Below are positions 57,913 through 59,388 of a stretch of DNA of 59,388 bases, piece after piece. The DNA lies in IMG/VR virus record IMGVR_UViG_3300043159_000017, positions 1 to 59,388 of that record; one strand, written 5' to 3'. Both the position numbers and the translations under genes were made by a program. The notes below the pieces were generated by a model that saw nothing but the letters and a program-made list of their open reading frames with translations, made no database searches and was not told the DNA's origin. Each line of letters starts with the position of its first letter. Positions within the stretch are counted from its first letter, which is position 1. The stretch comes from a virus (Duplodnaviria; Caudoviricetes).

Positions 57913-58569
57913 ATGAAAATAGGACAGAAGATCCGCCGCCGGCGGGAGGAGCTGAGGCTGAGCCAGGCCGACCTCGGCCGCCAGGTCGGCGTCTCCCAGG
58001 CGACGATCGACAAGATCGAGGCCGGGCAGACGGCGCGCTCGCGCTATCTGCCGTTGATCGCCGTCAAGCTCGGGCTGCCGCTCGAGGAAATCGATCCCGG
58101 CCTCGCGGCGCTCAGCGCCGCGGGAGCGCTCACCGGCCCGGTCATTCCCGGCATCGAACTCATCGGCGATCGCGATTTCCCGATCTACGCGTCGGCCGAG
58201 GGCGGCTCCGGCCAAATCGTCGTGTCGACGGACGCCGTCGACTTCATGCCGCGCCCGGCGCCGCTCGCCCACGTCAAGGGCGCCTATGGGCTCTACATAA
58301 CCGGCGAGTCCATGGTGCCCGAATTCGAGCCGGGCGACGTCGCCATGGTCAACCCGCACCTGCCGATCGTCGCCGACGTGACCTGCATCTTCTACGGCGA
58401 GCGGGACGGCGCGACCCGCGCCACCATCAAACGGCTGGTGCGCCAGACGCCCGACGTCTGGCACGTCAAGCAGTGGAACCCGCCGGAAGGCATGAAGGCG
58501 CAGTTCACCTTGTCGAGATCCGAATGGCAGCTATGCCACCGCACCCTGGGGAAATATTCGCGGCGATAG
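57913..58569 (+). CDS. cI: CI-like repressor (XRE HTH + S24 peptidase)
   Basis: LSQADLG..VGVSQATI.KIE.G; AEGG cleavage region; GESM serine; TIKRL lysine. Confidence 0.92.
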   Translation: MKIGQKIRRRREELRLSQADLGRQVGVSQATIDKIEAGQTARSRYLPLIAVKLGLPLEEIDPGLAALSAAGALTGPVIPGIELIGDRDFPIYASAEGGSGQIVVSTDAVDFMPRPAPLAHVKGAYGLYITGESMVPEFEPGDVAMVNPHLPIVADVTCIFYGERDGATRATIKRLVRQTPDVWHVKQWNPPEGMKAQFTLSRSEWQLCHRTLGKYSRR

Positions 58570-58658
58570 ACGGACCAGGGGACAGAGATCAGGTATCAGC
58601 GGGCATATAATGGTGGTTGGATTGATCGCTTATATCTGAGCACTGACGTGGGGCAGGA

Positions 58659-59159
58659 ATGACGAAGCACCTCGGCCATTTGATCGGCATTGCAGTTGCC
58701 TGTGCGTTGGCGGCGAGCGCCGCGAGCGCCTACACTTTCACCAGTCGCGAAGGCAAATTCACCGCCGAGTTCCCGGCCGCGCCCACGCTTGAGAAAACCC
58801 AGCACAAGACCAACAGCGGCACCTCTTACGATCAATATACGTGGTCGACCGAGAACAAGGACGGCTGGTGGGGCGTCGCCATGATTATCTATTCCAAGCC
58901 CATGGTGAAGGATTACGACGTCCACACCCAAGGCGCGGTGGACGCCACCAAGGGGACGCTACGCAGCCAGAAAACCATCCAGCAGAGCGGCGCCCAGGGT
59001 CGCGAGATCATCATCGACCTCCCGCAATCCGGGGTGGTCCGTCAGCGGCTCCTTTGGGTCGACAACCGCTTTTATCAGATGGTGTTCAGCGGCGGGCCCG
59101 GCACCGGAACCACGCCCAATGTGGATGCGTTCCTCAACTCGTTCCAAACCGTCAAATAG
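58659..59159 (+). CDS. Secreted hypothetical protein
   Basis: Signal peptide; F.AEFP..P ...FLNSF. Confidence 0.75.
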   Translation: MTKHLGHLIGIAVACALAASAASAYTFTSREGKFTAEFPAAPTLEKTQHKTNSGTSYDQYTWSTENKDGWWGVAMIIYSKPMVKDYDVHTQGAVDATKGTLRSQKTIQQSGAQGREIIIDLPQSGVVRQRLLWVDNRFYQMVFSGGPGTGTTPNVDAFLNSFQTVK

Positions 59160-59229
59160 ACAGGGGTCGGAAATCGACGATCGGATTGGGCGCCGATGAC
59201 CATCATCCGGCCGCGGCCGCAAGGCGCGT

Positions 59230-59388
59230 TTAGCGCATCGGTGCGGCCACGACCCGCGAGTTGATGCTGCCGGCGGCCGGTCCGGCGGCGATCTGCGCCT
59301 GCACGGTGACGGCGGCTGCCAGCATGACCGCCCCGGTCACCAGACCGAAGACAAAGCCGTACAAACCGAGGCTTTTCTTGTCCGCCAC
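59230..59388 (-). CDS. Small membrane protein, probably host flank
   Basis: GTG at the window edge: ADKKSLGLYGFVFGLVTGAVMLAAAV. Confidence 0.55.
   Translation of the reverse strand: MADKKSLGLYGFVFGLVTGAVMLAAAVTVQAQIAAGPAAGSINSRVVAAPMR

Larger units (their letters stand above)
574..58569 (-). mobile_element. Podovirus-like prophage-derived element (possibly domesticated/defective); boundaries approximate
   Basis: Co-oriented terminase, portal, scaffold, capsid, adaptor, tail and lysis genes plus a divergent cI/cro pair; no att sites or integrase seen. Confidence 0.9.

Noticed and set aside
1-59388. tRNA/rRNA genes, integrase, IS transposases, att sites
   Set aside because: None recognised by eye; tRNAscan and HMM searches would be needed to exclude them

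Overview
High-GC alphaproteobacterial (Hyphomicrobiales/Rhizobiales-like) chromosome segment almost entirely occupied by a podovirus-type prophage-derived element (~574-58569) read right to left. Its order is: cI/cro switch, three small early genes, terminase large subunit, portal, head fibre-like genes, scaffold, N4-gp56-like major capsid, head-tail adaptor, tail fibre, P22 gp10-like tail hub, ejection-type proteins, and a lysis module (GH25 endolysin with a frameshift, RlpA, holin). No integrase, replication or recombination genes are visible. Nearly every gene junction carries host palindromic or heptamer repeats, several inserted in frame into phage genes, and chromosomal-type genes (RTX/FG-GAP adhesin, Flp pilin, XRE regulator) sit inside the structural operon. 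This suggests a long-resident, possibly domesticated (GTA-like) element. Low-GC cargo cassettes include a Ser/Thr kinase + TPR pair, a HipA-like kinase + partner, a nuclease-ATPase, two FkbM methyltransferases and a lectin-like propeller. Several of these are each bounded by a diverged, 5'-truncated duplicate of the neighbouring phage sequence, which points to a recurring cassette-accretion mechanism. All protein calls come from motif recognition by eye; no database searches were run.
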